From the NCBI GenBank assembly GCA_903887455.1, contig CAISPT010000108.1, positions 3,235-67,234 of the forward strand: DNA of 64,000 nt. The letters are read 5' to 3'. The notes beneath the pieces are model-generated. The model did no database searches and was not told the origin of the DNA. It worked only from the letters and a program-made list of their open reading frames with translations. The translations under genes and the position numbers were made by a program. Below are positions 63,074-64,000 of this stretch, piece after piece. This DNA comes from an uncultured Opitutaceae bacterium (lineage in GTDB: Bacteria; Verrucomicrobiota; Verrucomicrobiia; Opitutales; Opitutaceae). The number at the start of each line of letters is the position of its first letter. Position 1 is the stretch's first letter.

Positions 63074-64000
63074 AACTTCCCTCCCGGCTCCTCCTCCTCG
63101 CCTTGCTCTGCCCCCTCGCCCGCCTTGCAGCCGATCCGATCCCCGTGAAGGTCGCCGTCGTGGTGACCTTCGAGGTCGGGGCCGACAAAGGGGACAAGCC
63201 CGGCGAGCTCCAGTTCTGGGCGGAGCGCGAGGGCTGGGACCAGTCGATCGCGGTGCCCGGGGTCGACCATCCCGTCCTCACGGACGGCAAGGGAACGATC
63301 GGCGTCGTCTCCGGCACCACGGTCCGGTGCTCGAACCAGATCATGGCGCTCGTCCTGAGCGGCCGTTTCGACTTCTCGAAGACTTACTGGGTCGTGAACG
63401 GGATCGCCGGTGTGAACCCGGCGGTCGCCTCGATCGGCTCCGCGGCGTGGGCCCACTACGTTATCGACGGTGACGTGGCCTACGAGATCGACGCCCGGGA
63501 GGCCGAGGCCTCCTGGCCGTACGCCATCATCCCGGTCGGATCGAAGGTCCCCAACCAGAAGCCAAGCTACGAGGGGTGGGAGCCCGAGACGATGGCCTAC
63601 CCGCTCAACGCAAAGCTGGTCGACTGGGCCTATGCCCTCACCAAGGATACCGTGATTCCCGATTCGGACGCCATGAAGACGTACCGCGCGACCTATGAGG
63701 GCTTCCCCAACGCGGTCCGGCCCCCGTTCGTGCTCTGCGGCGAGACCTTCGGTTCGTGCCGCTATTGGCACGGGAAGGCGCTCACGCAGTGGGCCTCGGA
63801 CTGGACAAGGCTCTGGAGCGACGGCAAAGGCGTGATGGCGATGTCCGACATGGAGGACCAGGGGATTGCCGCGGCGCTTAGCCGCCTCTCGAAGATGGGC
63901 CGGGTCGACTTCGGCAGGGCCCTCTTCCTGCGGACCGCCAGCAACTACTGCATGCAGGCCCCCCGGCAGGACGTGAACGCTAGCCTCCACTCCGAGTATG
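63070..64000 (+). CDS. Purine nucleoside permease (NUP)-family protein, 3'-truncated by the window end
   Basis: Open frame not in the ORF track because no stop falls within the window. Its ATG overlaps the peptidase stop (ATGA). My translation is MKLPSRLLLLALLCPLARLAADPIPVKVAVVVTFE...YWVVNGIAGVNP...GDVAYEIDARE. It has a signal peptide and NUP-like blocks. Confidence 0.6.
   Translation, partial: MKLPSRLLLLALLCPLARLAADPIPVKVAVVVTFEVGADKGDKPGELQFWAEREGWDQSIAVPGVDHPVLTDGKGTIGVVSGTTVRCSNQIMALVLSGRFDFSKTYWVVNGIAGVNPAVASIGSAAWAHYVIDGDVAYEIDAREAEASWPYAIIPVGSKVPNQKPSYEGWEPETMAYPLNAKLVDWAYALTKDTVIPDSDAMKTYRATYEGFPNAVRPPFVLCGETFGSCRYWHGKALTQWASDWTRLWSDGKGVMAMSDMEDQGIAAALSRLSKMGRVDFGRALFLRTASNYCMQAPRQDVNASLHSEY

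Noticed and set aside
1-64000. CRISPR arrays, rRNA/tRNA genes, IS elements, integrases, prophage genes
   Set aside because: I scanned by eye for regularly spaced direct repeats, conserved RNA motifs and transposase or integrase signatures in the ORF translations. None was found. A computational scan (tRNAscan-SE, CRISPR finders, ISfinder) would be needed to be definitive.

Overview
High-G+C bacterial chromosomal segment (about two-thirds G+C by eye, not computed). It is densely coding: about 58 CDS, many joined by 1-4 nt start/stop overlaps. I recognised no rRNA, tRNA, CRISPR array, transposase or integrase. Gene content suggests a Verrucomicrobiota/Opitutales-like polysaccharide degrader, but that taxonomy is a guess. 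All family calls come from motif recognition by eye; no searches were run.

Layout:
- 98-4108 (-): TolC/EmrB/EmrA-type tripartite efflux operon.
- 4.2-11.8 kb: housekeeping genes (pseudouridine synthase, class I DAHP synthase, miaB, gmk) plus two orphan proteins.
- 11.8-15.4 kb: molybdopterin genes (moaA, then divergent moeA-moaC-moaD-moaE).
- 15.8-17.3 kb: gnd.
- 17.3-19.6 kb: sharply low-G+C islet with one Fic-domain gene and about 600 bp of AT-rich non-coding DNA.
- 19.6-32.1 kb: carbohydrate island. It holds a GH63-like enzyme, GH52, a Tat small subunit + GMC flavoprotein + nine-heme cytochrome trio, an esterase, a secreted Gfo/Idh/MocA enzyme, GH172/DUF2961 and GH140/DUF4038.
- 32.3-33.4 kb: MOSC + mobA.
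- 33.4-40.0 kb: LysR-flanked cassette of slightly lower G+C. It holds a hydrolase, HAD, class III aminotransferase, ACP, KS, DUF2062 and DCC.
- 40.1-43.1 kb: YtrA-type GntR + ABC operon with a perfect palindromic operator.
- 45.8-55.3 kb: long translationally coupled operon. Order is DUF2911, an 848-aa LmbE protein, an untracked 44-aa membrane ORF, a Na+/solute symporter, a minimal BshC-like protein, BshB, BshA and a membrane-anchored hydrolase.
- 55.4-56.3 kb: two tandem paralogous small membrane proteins.
- 56.4-64.0 kb: metallophosphoesterase, NTF2-like lipoprotein, PQQ dehydrogenase with an internal heme c domain, GCPII-like M28 peptidase, and a truncated NUP-like gene.

Most interesting candidates:
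- the bacillithiol-type operon with a 256-aa mini-BshC;
- the GMC dehydrogenase wired to a NapC/NrfH-like nine-heme cytochrome inside the glycan island;
- the discrete KS/ACP/class III aminotransferase cassette, a possible beta-amino fatty acid pathway;
- the low-G+C Fic islet, where an AbiEi-like N-terminus is fused to a class II Fic core with a non-canonical motif.

Many long ORFs in the track are antisense or out-of-frame shadows typical of high-G+C DNA. These were discarded.
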